DNA from: Anthoceros angustus
Lineage: Eukaryota; Plantae; Anthocerotophyta
Reading direction: 5' to 3'
DNA length: 64,000 nucleotides
NCBI GenBank assembly: GCA_010909165.1
Contig: MU008162.1
Coordinates: 1,922,001-1,986,000 of the forward strand
Position numbers and translations under genes: made by a program. Below, one piece after another: positions 11,901 to 23,809 of the stretch (positions within the stretch are counted from its first letter, which is position 1; every line of letters begins with the position of its first letter). The notes under the pieces were generated by a model. That model was given only the letters and a program-made list of their open reading frames with translations. It was not told where the DNA came from and made no database searches.

Positions 11901-14099
11901 CATGTGCAGCAACCCTAACCATAAATGTCAATTAAGGAAATGATTACGGAAAACCATTTATAGGACCCTAAGTCAAAAGCCGCATATGTGAACCCCAATG
12001 CCGAGAAAACAATGAAGAGGCGGTGCCTCGCAGCCAAGTTCTGAAGATCTTTCGGTTTATTTGCTCATAATGGCATTTCCACCTTACCTTCACCACGGCC
12101 TATGTCATGTCATACCACGCCTGTGAAGAGTGAGGACCATATTTGATTTATAGAGGTGCGGAGTCCTCGTGCCGGCAATGTTGCGCGCCACACACATCAC
12201 TGTCAAGAGGTCGAAGCGTCCACAAAGTTCATTCCGCACTCACAGCGATCAAGGGGAACATGTACTTGAGAACAAGTGTTGGGTTTGCATCGCCTCCGCC
12301 TCTGCTCACCCATGTAATGACCTCATTGATGTTGTCGCAGCAGAAATGTTGTGACCCTACTAGAAAAGGGCACCTTATGGGATGTTGCAATTTTTGTTAC
12401 ACTTCCACATTGCAACATGTTTTGAGGGTTGGTATTAAGTTTGTTAGTTCGTCCCGCTTGGTGCAGCCATCTTAACACGAACCCGCACTCTCTTCCCACC
12501 TCCCCTTCCGGTACACCCTCTCACAAGCATTGTTAATTTCACCGCTTACATTACCGTGTTGCAATTTTATGTACCACTTCCAACTTCCAGCATGGTTTGA
12601 TGGCTTGGTGTTAAGTTGGTCCATTCTTTCTCTTCCTTCCCACCATCCTAACACAATGCTTGGTCTCTCACTTCATGTACCACTTCAAAATTGCAACACT
12701 TTATGGTGGCTTGGTGTTCAAGGTGTCCTTTTCTTATCCACTTCTCACCCCATCTTAACACAATACTTGGTCTCTCTCCTCTCACCTCACCCTCCTATTT
12801 ATTGCCCCTTATCACACCCTTTTATACTCTTTCACTTCTCCTCCTCCTTCATGACCGTGAGAAGGACCTCCCTATCACACCATTTTATACTCTTCCACTA
12901 TTCCTCTTTCAACTTGCTTGTTACAATGACCTCTCCGCCTTGGGCTGTCCTTCCTTCCTTTTACCTCCTTTGCATATACTCAATATACATATATATGTTT
13001 GTAGGTTTCAAGACATAAGTATGTGTACGCTTATATGTACACATCCATCTTATACTTCTATTATATTAGTGTATTTACATGCCTCTTTGTATACGTATAC
13101 GTACGATATAGGCATCAAGACTTGTTTATATAATAATATATATGTGCTAACCCTTACGTCACTCTACCTTATATATCTAAGTGTTTGATTTTATTGACAA
13201 TTTAAATCAAATTTTTGGACACTTCAATCCCCTCTATCCCTTGCGCCTTTGTTTCCACCGATGCAATACGAACTCCACGTGATATGGGCATATGCGTCGC
13301 GGCACCACCAACATGTGCCTCGAAGAAGCGACGCCACGCCACTTGGTGACTCTGCACCAACACCAATGGTTTCGTGGTTCCTCCACATCTTCCTACACCT
13401 ATCCAAACTCTATAACCACTTTCACACCATGCATTTGCCATGTCAATGCTAGGTGGGTAGACCAATTCTCTTGTTGCTAATTGACCATCACCGTCCACCC
13501 ATGCACCGACTCCATCGTCCGCAGGAAAACATCTCTCGACCATTCACATTCCTCCACAGTGCGAGGAAGAGGGTCTTTGATTTCCGGATGGTAGGTGACT
13601 CTCTGTGAGGAGCCAAGGATGGTCAGATCGAATGGGGCCCCGCGCCCTTCCCGATCATGAGCAACAAAACGAGTCCGAACTTAAGGTTAGTTTGCCTTCA
13701 ACAAGAAATGTTTATGCGGTGAAGACAATGTTGTGGCCGAATAGTCCACCCCATCCGTGGCGGATTCCATCTCATGCACACCGCACGGTGGTATTGCGGT
13801 GTGCCGCCGCCATCGACAAGCGCCCTCTCCATTCCGTGGGTGCCCATGACCCCTGTGAACTTGAACTTATATGCTCGCCATTGATGGAATCGCATCCAAA
13901 GCGAAGACACCGTGAAGGAAGGGAGATGGGGTGCAAAATCTGCCGTGGTTTGTTCCGCCAAGGAGCGATGCAGGATGACCGCAGGATCGAGTTCTTCCCA
14001 CAAGCAAATGATCCGTGGATCGAGGATGGGGATGATGACTTTGTTCACCCTCCTCTGGTGCATCCGGAACATTCCATCCCAAGCCTTTAAGTGAGACAT

Positions 14100-16797
14100 T
14101 GATGACAACAAAGTCATGACAAGCGCATGCGACGGCAGTGTCTTTGCAAAATGTGAACTGGAGAAGGTGAGACTTTCTTAAACCGTGTTGCAACCAAATG
14201 TGCATGCAGAGGTTGACCAAGCAAGGCCTTGAGCAACGATATAGGTTCCTCACAATGTGCGGCAAAGCGAGACATTTCTTCAAAGCCTCGTACATCGGAC
14301 CCGAGTCAAACTAACAAAGAAAGAGTTTTACGCATGTTATGGGATCGGTTCCTGCTACTGCGTGAAGGCCTTCGAAGAGTATATTGTATGGGGGGCAATG
14401 ATACGAGGCGAAAGGGAGGGTCATGAGGAATGCCCGTGGGATAGTGTTCAACCAACCCAATTCATAAGTCCGTCATGCACTTGGTGCTCTAGCGTGGATG
14501 GATAATGCTTTTGCTCATGGCGAAAGACTTCAACGGGTGTATAACGCGACACCTATACAAATGGAGATATGGTCATTGTACAACAGCGGTGTCAAAGCTC
14601 GTGCAGCTTTGACGTCGCGTGGTTTTTGAAGTTATGGAAATCTAACTTCACGTGAAGATTCCCAAATCCAACAGTTCTCGACCGCTCAATATGTGCAGGT
14701 TAAAGACCACCATTCGAATACAACTCGGAAGGTTGATCAAGGTAGATATCACTCTACCACTAGTACAACCCATCTACGGTGGGAGGAGTTTTCGTGTTCA
14801 TCCCATAGTTCGCCGAATGAGCTGGTATGCGGATGGTTCGGAGTGTCGGGTGGGGTGGCCGCGCCCACCTCGGATGATCGACCTGCATCAAGTTGCTCGA
14901 GTACCATGATTGAAACTCGCAGTCCTTCATGGATGGCCCCCTGGTTGTAGGTTTGATTGGTCGAGTTTGTAGGTTCGGGCCCGGGCGGCCCCGGCGCCAT
15001 CCACCTTCAAACTCGCCAACCATAATACATGACCTAGAAGGTGGACGTTTTGTAGATTTTAGATTGCGGAAGATGGTAAAGGTATGTGTGAAGAGGTGCT
15101 AGTCCACGACATCGGTTTGTTGTATGCAATGGGTTTCATGGATTCTGTCTTCGCTTGTGGTATGGAAGAAGCGTGTTTGTATGTGTGAAATTGGGAACGT
15201 GATAAACTTGGAAGCATGTGAAACTTGGAACGTGTTTGGCTGTGGACAGAAAAATATCATGCCGCGTTGGAGGCACACCGCATGCAGCTGCAGGAGGAGC
15301 GGGGAAAAATGGCAAAACACCGTGAAAAGAGTTACAGGGAACCGGATAAGTACATGCTCCTCGCTATACGGAATGGACCAAGAAGACCGAGATTCCACAC
15401 TTTCTGCGTTGGCCAAAGAATCTTGATGAGGATGTATCATGCCGTGGGTTGCATGATCCACAATTATACGTGCAGCAAGAGTGTTTTTGCACTATGCCAA
15501 TTTGAGGAACGATCACTCGACAATCGGATTATTCAAGATGTTATTCTTAATTATAAAGGAGTGCTACCCAAAGTGCTCTATTTGACAACACTTGGGAAAA
15601 CAAGAACCATTGTTTGCGTATTTGAACATGCTAGTTGATATGGGAACTTTTCGGAAGGTGAAGGTTGGGTTCCTCCTTGTTGGGCACACTCACGACCAAA
15701 TCGACGGATGTTCTCTTGCTTTTCCAAAAGCTTGAAGCACAAGGAGGCACACACTCTTCCGCGTTGGCCGACATCTTGGTTCATGCATACGCCTACCGGA
15801 GATCAAAGTTTTGCGAGGTCCGGACTTAGGTCATATGTATGGCCGATTAGACAAGGCGATGGTCGCCAGCATATTCATCGGCGGTGAGAAAATTGAACAA
15901 CTTATCTTTCCAGCTTTAAAATCACCAGAAGACAAACCGACTGTAGGCTGGTGGCGATGATTAGGAGCAAGCAATATTCGACATCGATGTATTGGGAAAC
16001 CGCCGGGTTGGAGTTTTTGAAATTTGTCCCCTCAACGACATAACAACTGTCGGCCCTCCGGCTCGAGACAAGAAAGGGACGTCGGCAGGTTATCTCCAAG
16101 GAGGAGCACATTTGAGAGCGGGTGCAGCTGCGCCATATGTGAGGACAATATGGATGGTGGGAAGCATTGGGTGGACCAAGAAGAAATCGCAATAATCGTG
16201 GAGAACAATATTGGGCTCGCACTAGAAGTGCCGTGGAAATGGTTCTCTCGCGGGAATCGGCGACAACACTCCAAGTTCCCATGAAGCTATCCTAGAGAGG
16301 CGTTGCTAAGAGAACTCCCCAACGGATATGTACTTGGGGCCTTACCAACTGGGAAGGCGGCAGAAATGGCACGTTGCATGGAGATGTAAAAGACATAAAG
16401 GAAGGATGTTCATCGCGGTACTTGTACCGATACGCATAATCGGCCTTTCTGGGTTGGAAAAGTTAATCAGGTGAGGTTGGATGTGGAAGAGCCTCATTTC
16501 CTGGTTCACTGGTTCAGGACTGAGCACACAGATGCATATGAAGGCAGATACGTGGAAGAATATGTGATTCGAGTCCCATCCACTGAGACAGCTGGGATTG
16601 GAAGGAAAAAGGGTGGGAAGGCAAATTTCCCGAAGAATGTTCAAGAAGTCTTCATCAATAAAACTGTCATCCTGTATTATGGGTTCAGTTTGAATTCCCG
16701 TAAACATCTCTATTCCATTGACAAAAAAGCGATCAGGGATAAGTTGAATGAATTGCGGGGCTTCATCGAGCCAGCCAAAGTGCACCAGAAGAAGTAG
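14100..16797 (+). pseudogene. Degenerate Sola-like (DUF7869-type) DDD/E transposase
   Basis: Frameshifted motifs: CCNQMCMQ (~14185), LEAHRMQLQEER..HREKSYREPDKYMLLAI-(D)GMDQ-KTEIPHF (15370), LPKVLYL-DN-WENKN (15575), FAYLNMLVDMGTFRKVKVGFLLVGHTHDQID (15682) and C-terminal RPFWVGKV..VHWF (16441). Confidence 0.75.
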
Positions 16798-19700
16798 CGA
16801 AGGCGGTGAGGACATCGGGCCCTTGGACATGGAAGGTGTCAATTCGGGAGATGAGTGAAAAGATGTATGAAGTGGAGGCAAACGGTGGACATCGGTGAAC
16901 AAGAGGGTTTACTCGACGGTGTGTGAAGTGTTAGGGTCAAAGTGGGAGCTCGCGTTAGTGATAGGGAATGACCTGGTGCTATCATTCGGTGGGGAAGTTG
17001 AAGAAGTAGGAGTCACTTCCCCTGGCCGTAGGTTGCAGTGTCGGCGACATGGACAAATGGCAGGGCGCCGGTGGGCCGGCGCCCTGCCATTTTTCACCAT
17101 CCTCTAGTAGCATGGAAACCGTTTTCCGCACCCGTCCTGCGTATTGTACATTTTGTTCGTTATATATAACCCATCCGTACGCATGCCTAAATCCTACATC
17201 GTGGAAACCCGATAGTTGGCGCCCGGCCCACGGCCTGCCTTCTTGCCAAAACAAAAGACTATGGGTTCGGGCGACGGTTCGGAAAGAAGCACCATTCTTT
17301 ACCAATGATGATGTGAAGATTGCTGCAATGTCTTCAAAAGACCTTGTTTATTTAGGCATGCCTCATCAACCCCGTTCCCTTTTAGTCCTTAGGGTACTTA
17401 TGGTAAGCAAGCATGGGTCGTATGCCAAATTCGATGGCGAACTCGCCCTAACCCTTTGTGTGATGGAACCGGACGTCAATTTCATCCCTTATCGACCCTT
17501 ATTTTCAGGCCTTTTGGGATGTTGCCCAAAGCGGTGAATCGACCCATCCCAAACCCCTTCCGACGATATTTGGATGAAAACCCCTTTATATTAACCCCTT
17601 CCAAGATTAGCATGTTCAATCTAGATCTATCTCTAACGTCTTTGGTGGCTAGCTGGGGCTTACAGATAATGAGATCATGGCAGGGAAGGCATTACCACAA
17701 AGCTTGAGAAACCACTTGGGAAGGTGATTAATGCATCATCCACTCTTCCTTCTTGGTTTCATGCTCTCCATGGCTATGACTAATGTGGACACATGTCCAG
17801 GATGCCGATCTGCGACCCTTTTCAGAGCTCTAGACACATAGTGATGGCGGCACCAAAGTCAAGCAACACTTTGGCACAGCTAACCTAACTTCCAGCAGTT
17901 GGCACATGGGTCAGGAAGCACTTCCTCATCTCCTTATATTCCTTCTTCTCCTCCTCCGTTGGAATTTTGAAGTTGGCTTCTTCTCTGATGCGTTGGCTGC
18001 CTTGCTCCACTTAGGCTTGGAAGGTCTTGCAGATGAGAGGTGCTTGTACTTGTTTGTACTATAGTTGATTGGCGCCTTTATCACCTTGACCAGAGTTGCG
18101 GGTTGGTTTGATTCACATCTGCCCTCATTTCAAATTTCAGTCCATCAATGAACTTTTTGACCTTCTGCTCCTCGTCCAACCTTGGCATGTCAAGTGTGAG
18201 TTATAGAAACTTGTCACGGTACTCTTGTACAGTGCCTTGCTAGAATATCTTCTTGAACTGCTGGTACAAATCCTTGCGATGATTCACTGTTAGGAATTGT
18301 TCCAAGAAAAGATCGGCTAGGAGTTGAATGAATTAGGGCTTCATCGAGCCACCAGCCAAAGTGCACCGAAAAGATAAGACGGTGAGGACATCGGGCCCTT
18401 GGACATGGAAGGTGTCAATTCGGGAGATGAGTGAAAAGATGTATGAAGTGGAGGCAAACATGGACATCTAGACAAGAGGGTTTACTCTCGACCGTCAAGT
18501 GTGTGACCGCCAAGTGTTAGGCTCAAAGTGGGAGCTCGCGTTAGTGATAGGGAATCACTGGTGCTATCATTCGTGATCGGAAGTTGAAGAAGTTGGAGTC
18601 ACTTCCCGGCCGTAGGTGAGCCCATGATGGCGGGCCGGGCGCCGCCCCGCCATTTTTCACCATCCTTAGTAGCATGGAAACCGCTTTTCCGCACCCCGCG
18701 TATTGTACATTTTGTTCGCAAATCAGATATAACCCATCCGACGCATGCCTAAATCCTACATCGTGGAAACGATAGTTGAAGGCGCCGCCCACCGGCGCCG
18801 AGGCCCCTTCTTGCCAAAACAAAAGACTATGGGTTCGACGGACGGTTCGGAAAGAAGCACCATTCTTTACCAATGATGATGTGAAGATTGCCTCGCAATG
18901 TCTTCAAAAGACCTTGTTTATTTAGATCTGCCTCATCAACCCCGTTCCCTTTTAGTCCTTCCGGGTACTTATGGTAAGCAAGCATGGGTCGTATTATGCC
19001 AAATTCTGATGGCCGAACTACGCCCCTAACCCTTTGTGTGATGGAGACACTGCTCCGGACGTCAATTTCATCCCTTATCGACCCTTATTTTCAGGCCTTT
19101 TTGGAGCGATGTTGCCCAAAGCAGCAGAATGCGACCCATCCCAAACCCCCTTCCGACGATATTTGGATGAAAACCCCCTTACTGTATATTAACCCCCTTC
19201 CAAGATTAGCATGTTCAATCTAGATCTATCTCTAACGTGCTGGTGTGCTTGGCTAGCCAGGGCTTACCGATAATGAGATCATGGCAAAGGGAAGGCATTA
19301 CAGTCAGCTTGAAAGCTTCAGCAAAACCACTTGGGAAGGTGATTAATGCATCCGTCCACTCTTCCTTGCTGGTTTCATGCTCTCCCATGGCTATGACTAA
19401 TGTGGACACATGTCCAGATGCACAGATCTGCAGGCCAGCCTTTTCAACAGTAGCTCTAGACACATAGTGATGGCTGGCACCAAAGTCAAGCAACACTTTG
19501 GCACAGGCACCAGCTAACCTAACTTCCAGCTTGATTGGCACATGGGTCAGGAAGCACTTCCTCATCTCCTTATATTCCTTCTTCTCCTCCTCCGTTGGAA
19601 TTTTGAAGTTGGCTTCTTCTCTGATGCGTTGGCTGCCTTGCTCCACTTAGGCTTGGAAGGTCTTGCAGATGAGAGGTGCTTGTACTTGTTTGTACTATAG

Positions 19701-19960
19701 TTGATTGGCGCCTTTATCACCTTGACCAGAGTTGCGGGTTGGTTTGATTCACATCTGCCCTCATTTCAAATTTCAGTCCATCAATGAACTTTTTGACCTT
19801 CTGCTCCTCGTCCAACCTTGGCATGTCAAGTGTGAGTTATAGAAACTTGTCACCAGCATTTTGCCTTGCTAGAATATCTTCTTGAACTGCTGGTACAAAT
19901 CCTTGCGATGATTCACTGTTAGGAATTGTTCCAAGAAAAGCTGCCTGAAGATCGGCTAGG
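16740..19960. repeat. Staggered tandem duplication (~16740-18320 and ~18325-19960), indel-dominated differences
   Basis: The transposon right end, TIR and gypsy protease/gag are present twice in the same order. Confidence 0.8.
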
Positions 19961-21540
19961 AGTTGATTGGGGACTCCATACCAAGGTCGACTTGCCTCTC
20001 TTGTTGTCGCCACCATCAGTAGGCATATCCCTCCATTGACATCACACAGAATTGAATCTTCTGTAAGTCATCTTTATCAGAAGCAAGAAGGTATTTGTCA
20101 AGCTTGTCTAACCAATCGCGCACGCTTTGAGCATCCTTCGCTCTCTCGTCAAATGTTGTGGTCTTGACTTTTCATTGCAGTTCCTTGTCGAGCTGGGGCT
20201 TCGGTTTGAACATGTATTCTTCTCTTCCCTGCACTTCTCCACCCAATTTCCCTCGTCGATGTTCCCAGTGCTTGCACCTCATCAATTGTAAGAGTCTCAC
20301 CATTGCCTTAATGTCTTTGTTATCTTCTTCTCCAGGTTGAAGCTCCACTACAAGTTTCTTCAGCTCTTCGTCCTCCAAGCTCAACTCCCGCTCACCTGGA
20401 ACTAACGGGTATAGTCTCTCTCCTTCTCCTTGGATTTGGTGCCCCAAAAATTGTGCCGACTAATGGTGTAGAGACCTGAGTCCCTTTCACATATGGCACA
20501 TGTATGGGCGTCACTACATCTGGAGATGGGGATTGGTGAGCGCCTGGGGGCGTTGATTGCTCTAGCGTCTGGAGCATATGCCCTCCAGCTGCCTCTCCAG
20601 ACGGGCCTGGCCCTCCCCCACTTGAATCTCAATCTGATTGACGGCTTGCTCCACCTTCTCCATTTGTTCATCTTGATGGAGTATGGATGAGTGTAGTTCG
20701 TCGCAAGTACGCTTGACATCGGCTATCCTTTCCTCAAATTATCACCAAGCTCCATCCCGGCTCGCCTTGGCTTCATGTCCAACCCGTGGTTCTATTGCAG
20801 TGCGTGCAGGTTGTCGCAGGTTGTCGGTCGAAGCCCCTCGCTTCCTTGGTCGTCCGCGTTGCCGCACCACTAGCTCGGAGGTGTAATCGACGGGCGCATT
20901 CGCAGTGTTCGAATCTGCACCAACCTAGTGAGATTCTGTTTCTACCCGGACCCCATGCCGGCGTGAGATTTCTTGGCGCTTGCGATGATCAACCGTTGCT
21001 TGTCCGAGCGCTTGGATGTCGGTCAGGCGGCCCTCTGCTGGGTGATGGGATTGTTGTCGTGCTCAGCAATGCACCCGCTCCCCGATCCCTTCCAAAGGGT
21101 GGTCTTCGTCACTCGCGCTCGAGATCACCCTGTCAACCTCCTCAGGTTCGATGCAATCACTCATGTTGTCTACTTGCTTGGGAAGATCACTGGATTTTGG
21201 GTTGATTACTTCCTAGAAGTCTCCGGCACTGATTAGCGGTTGCGATCCAACACCCTCAATGTAGGGTAATCCTCAATCTCTCAACTGATCTCCTTTGGCG
21301 AAGCTGGTCCACAGGGTGTGGAAACAAAGTTGGAATTGGCAAGCCCGAAAGGCAAGATTTCGGCACTCACGACCTTTTTCTGTGCTTCCTCCCTTCTAAT
21401 CAATCCCCGTCACTGGCTGGGCTTTGCAACAGATTGTTGCTTCCACATTTTGGCACGTCGCAGTTGAGCCTACCCAGATTCTGCCTACCTGTCGCGATCC
21501 TGGATCAAGAGTGGCTAGCACAGATGGCTCTGATACTAAA
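17609..21540 (-). mobile_element. Ty3/gypsy gag-protease region with Met-tRNA PBS
   Basis: Retropepsin VLLDFGASHHYVS...DLIIGKPWLAKH (19215-19646), gag-like RLDEEQKVKKFIDGLKFEMRADV, and PBS reverse complement GCTCTGATAC(T)A at 21527-21538. Confidence 0.85.
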
Positions 21541-21771
21541 GATGCTGCAACGCGGCTTAGTTCTCAGCTTCAGGAAAATGGACAGGTTGGTTTTCGTGGT
21601 CTGTGGTACATATATATGACATGGGGGCAGGCCAAGAAGGCCACATGCCCATTTGACCGCCTATTCTTGGACTTCTATTCCAAATGTTCGGGTTTACTAT
21701 GGTCAGTTGAAGTTAATTTTGTTTTATACTTTTTACCCATTATAAATGGCTATTTGTCCTATTTATATGTA

Positions 21772-22307
21772 CAGTCCACCCCCCCTAATTGGGACTGGTT
21801 CGGAGTGCCTTTAGAGGTCCCATTAAGGGAAGTGTCCCGATTGTACTTTTCCTATTTAAAAATAATAAAAAAGTTATAAACTTTAAAAAAAATCGAAAAA
21901 TACTCAAAAAAAAGAAAATTTAAATTTTGATTGATAGGTTTCACTAAAATTAATTTTTACCAGTTCTTTATACAGTTGTTTGAAAGCTAGCACTCTCTCT
22001 AAGCAGCATAAAAAAACCTCTACCTATCATAAAGGAAAAAGCTTAGCTTAAGAGTCTTCAATCACACCTAAAAGTCTATTGTGCTCTCAAATAATGGATT
22101 CTTTTTCTTTCTTTTTTAAATTTTTAGTAAAAATTAGAAATCCCATTTAGGAGGTGAAACTAACATGAATGTATGTTTCAAAAGGTCCCAATTACCATTT
22201 AGGGAAAAGTCCCATTTATTACATTGTAAACTAAAGGGAGTAGGATGGGAGGTCCCATTTAGAGAGGAATCCCATTTATAGAATTCCCAATTAGGGGGGG
22301 GCGACTG
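21772..22307. mobile_element. MITE, Tc1/mariner (pogo-like) type
   Basis: 23-bp TIRs CAGTC(CA/GC)CCCCCCCTAATTGGGA with 2 mismatches, TA on both flanks, AT-rich non-coding interior. Confidence 0.85.
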
Positions 22308-23561
22308 TAATTAGCTTATTTATCTGTAATTAGCCTATTAATCCTATTTATCAGCTGATTGTACATACGAATATACGGATACCTCATAGGATTCCCGCTA
22401 CGTGGCCGTATATGACTATGGTGGCTTTGGCTTTGAGGCTGTTCCTTGTGGATGATGTGAGTGTCAGATGTGAGTGGCCAGCTCTATGTCGCTTGTTTCA
22501 AAATGCCTTAACGAAATTTGATCTTCGTGAGCTTCAAAAACTGTTGTTTTTTTTAGTTGATTAGACCACGTATTCACTCCTACTTAATTTAGAAGAGCCT
22601 GAAAGATTTTACAGTAGAAGAGATGACCAAGCATGAGGCCTTGGAGACCCTTACAATTCCATTGGGGCTGAGATCATATATCTGGCAACCCCTAACCTAA
22701 GGGCCTCTTAAAACCAATCTTTTATTGCGAGCGAGACAGCAGAGATCATATATGAGGCGATCCCGAGGTCTTACCTTCGCAAGGACAAGCTTCCCCATTT
22801 CACTACATCCTACACTACTTTTAGCCTGCCTAACAAAACCATGTGTATTTTCTACTGTTTGTATTGTATTAGTTAAATATTTTTTATCCATAAGTAACTA
22901 AAACTTTACTACATAAATTGATAAGTTGAGCATGGTCCGACAAGCGAAACTAGTGGTTTCTTGACCACCATCATATTTCACAAAATAAGTTTAAATCATA
23001 TACAATTTATTGAATAAGTAGAGATGGTTGAACCAATTAACCAGCAAGTAAGAATCACCTTGTGAATTCACTGGAAATCAAGGTAATATTTTTTGTACTC
23101 ATGAATATTACATAAAATTTAGTTACCAAATATGATATATTTAATTATCTTGTGTCATATGATAAATATGCGGTTAGGATTTGAAATTTGTTAGGAGATA
23201 AAATCTTGAAAAATACTTGTTGTACCGTCTTTCTTTGAATTCTTGTCTATGTGATAACATGCGACTCAAGTTGCATTAGCTGAACTATTTCATAGTAGAC
23301 TCCAATAAATTTCTTCTTCACCTTATAGTGATCCAGAAAGGCCTATTTTGATCATCTGTCTCACATGGAACTGCAATCATATGGCCTCGTCCGATGTAGC
23401 CATATATCAACACTGTGGTTAAAGAATGAATTGGTTTAACTCCCCTAAAGGACCAATGTCGAAGACAATCAGTGTATACATTGAGAATAATGTGTTCAAC
23501 TATGAAACTATGATAATGCAGTTGGTTACTCATGCAATTTGATGCATTAATCTTCTTTAAT

Positions 23562-23809
23562 GTAGTATGGAGGAGCAATCATCATTATTGAGGTAGTATG
23601 GAGGAGCAATCATCATTATTGAGGTAGTATGGAGGAGCAATCATCATTATTGAGGTAGTATGGAGGAGCAATCATCATTATTGAGGTAGTATGGAGGAGC
23701 AATCATCATTATTGAGGTAGTATGGAGGAGCAATCATCATTATTGAGGTAGTATGGAGGAGCAATCATCATTATTGAGGTAGTATGGAGGAGCAATCATC
23801 ATTATTGAG
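23562..23809 (+). repeat. 31-bp minisatellite, 8 perfect copies
   Basis: Unit GTAGTATGGAGGAGCAATCATCATTATTGAG x8. Confidence 0.97.

Larger units (their letters stand above)
7476..17608. mobile_element. ~10-kb TIR DNA transposon (Sola/DUF7869-like transposase plus divergent accessory gene) nested in a gypsy element
   Basis: Left end AATCTTGGAAGGGG(G)TTAATATA (7476; exact 22-mer at 5844-5865 in the duplicate) is the reverse complement of TATATTAACCCCTTCCAAGATT (17587-17608). The flanks are the protease and RT halves of one gypsy pol. Confidence 0.75.

Noticed and set aside
12480-13200. ORFs in the central part of the DNA transposon
   Set aside because: Low-complexity CT/AT-rich sequence giving hydrophobic junk; likely a divergent promoter or spacer region.
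17591-17600. piggyBac end (TTAA-CCCC)
   Set aside because: The inverted match extends beyond TTAA, and the internal transposase is not piggyBac-like.
23562-23809. 31-bp repeat array as CRISPR
   Set aside because: Head-to-tail identical units with no spacers, in a eukaryotic context; it is a minisatellite.
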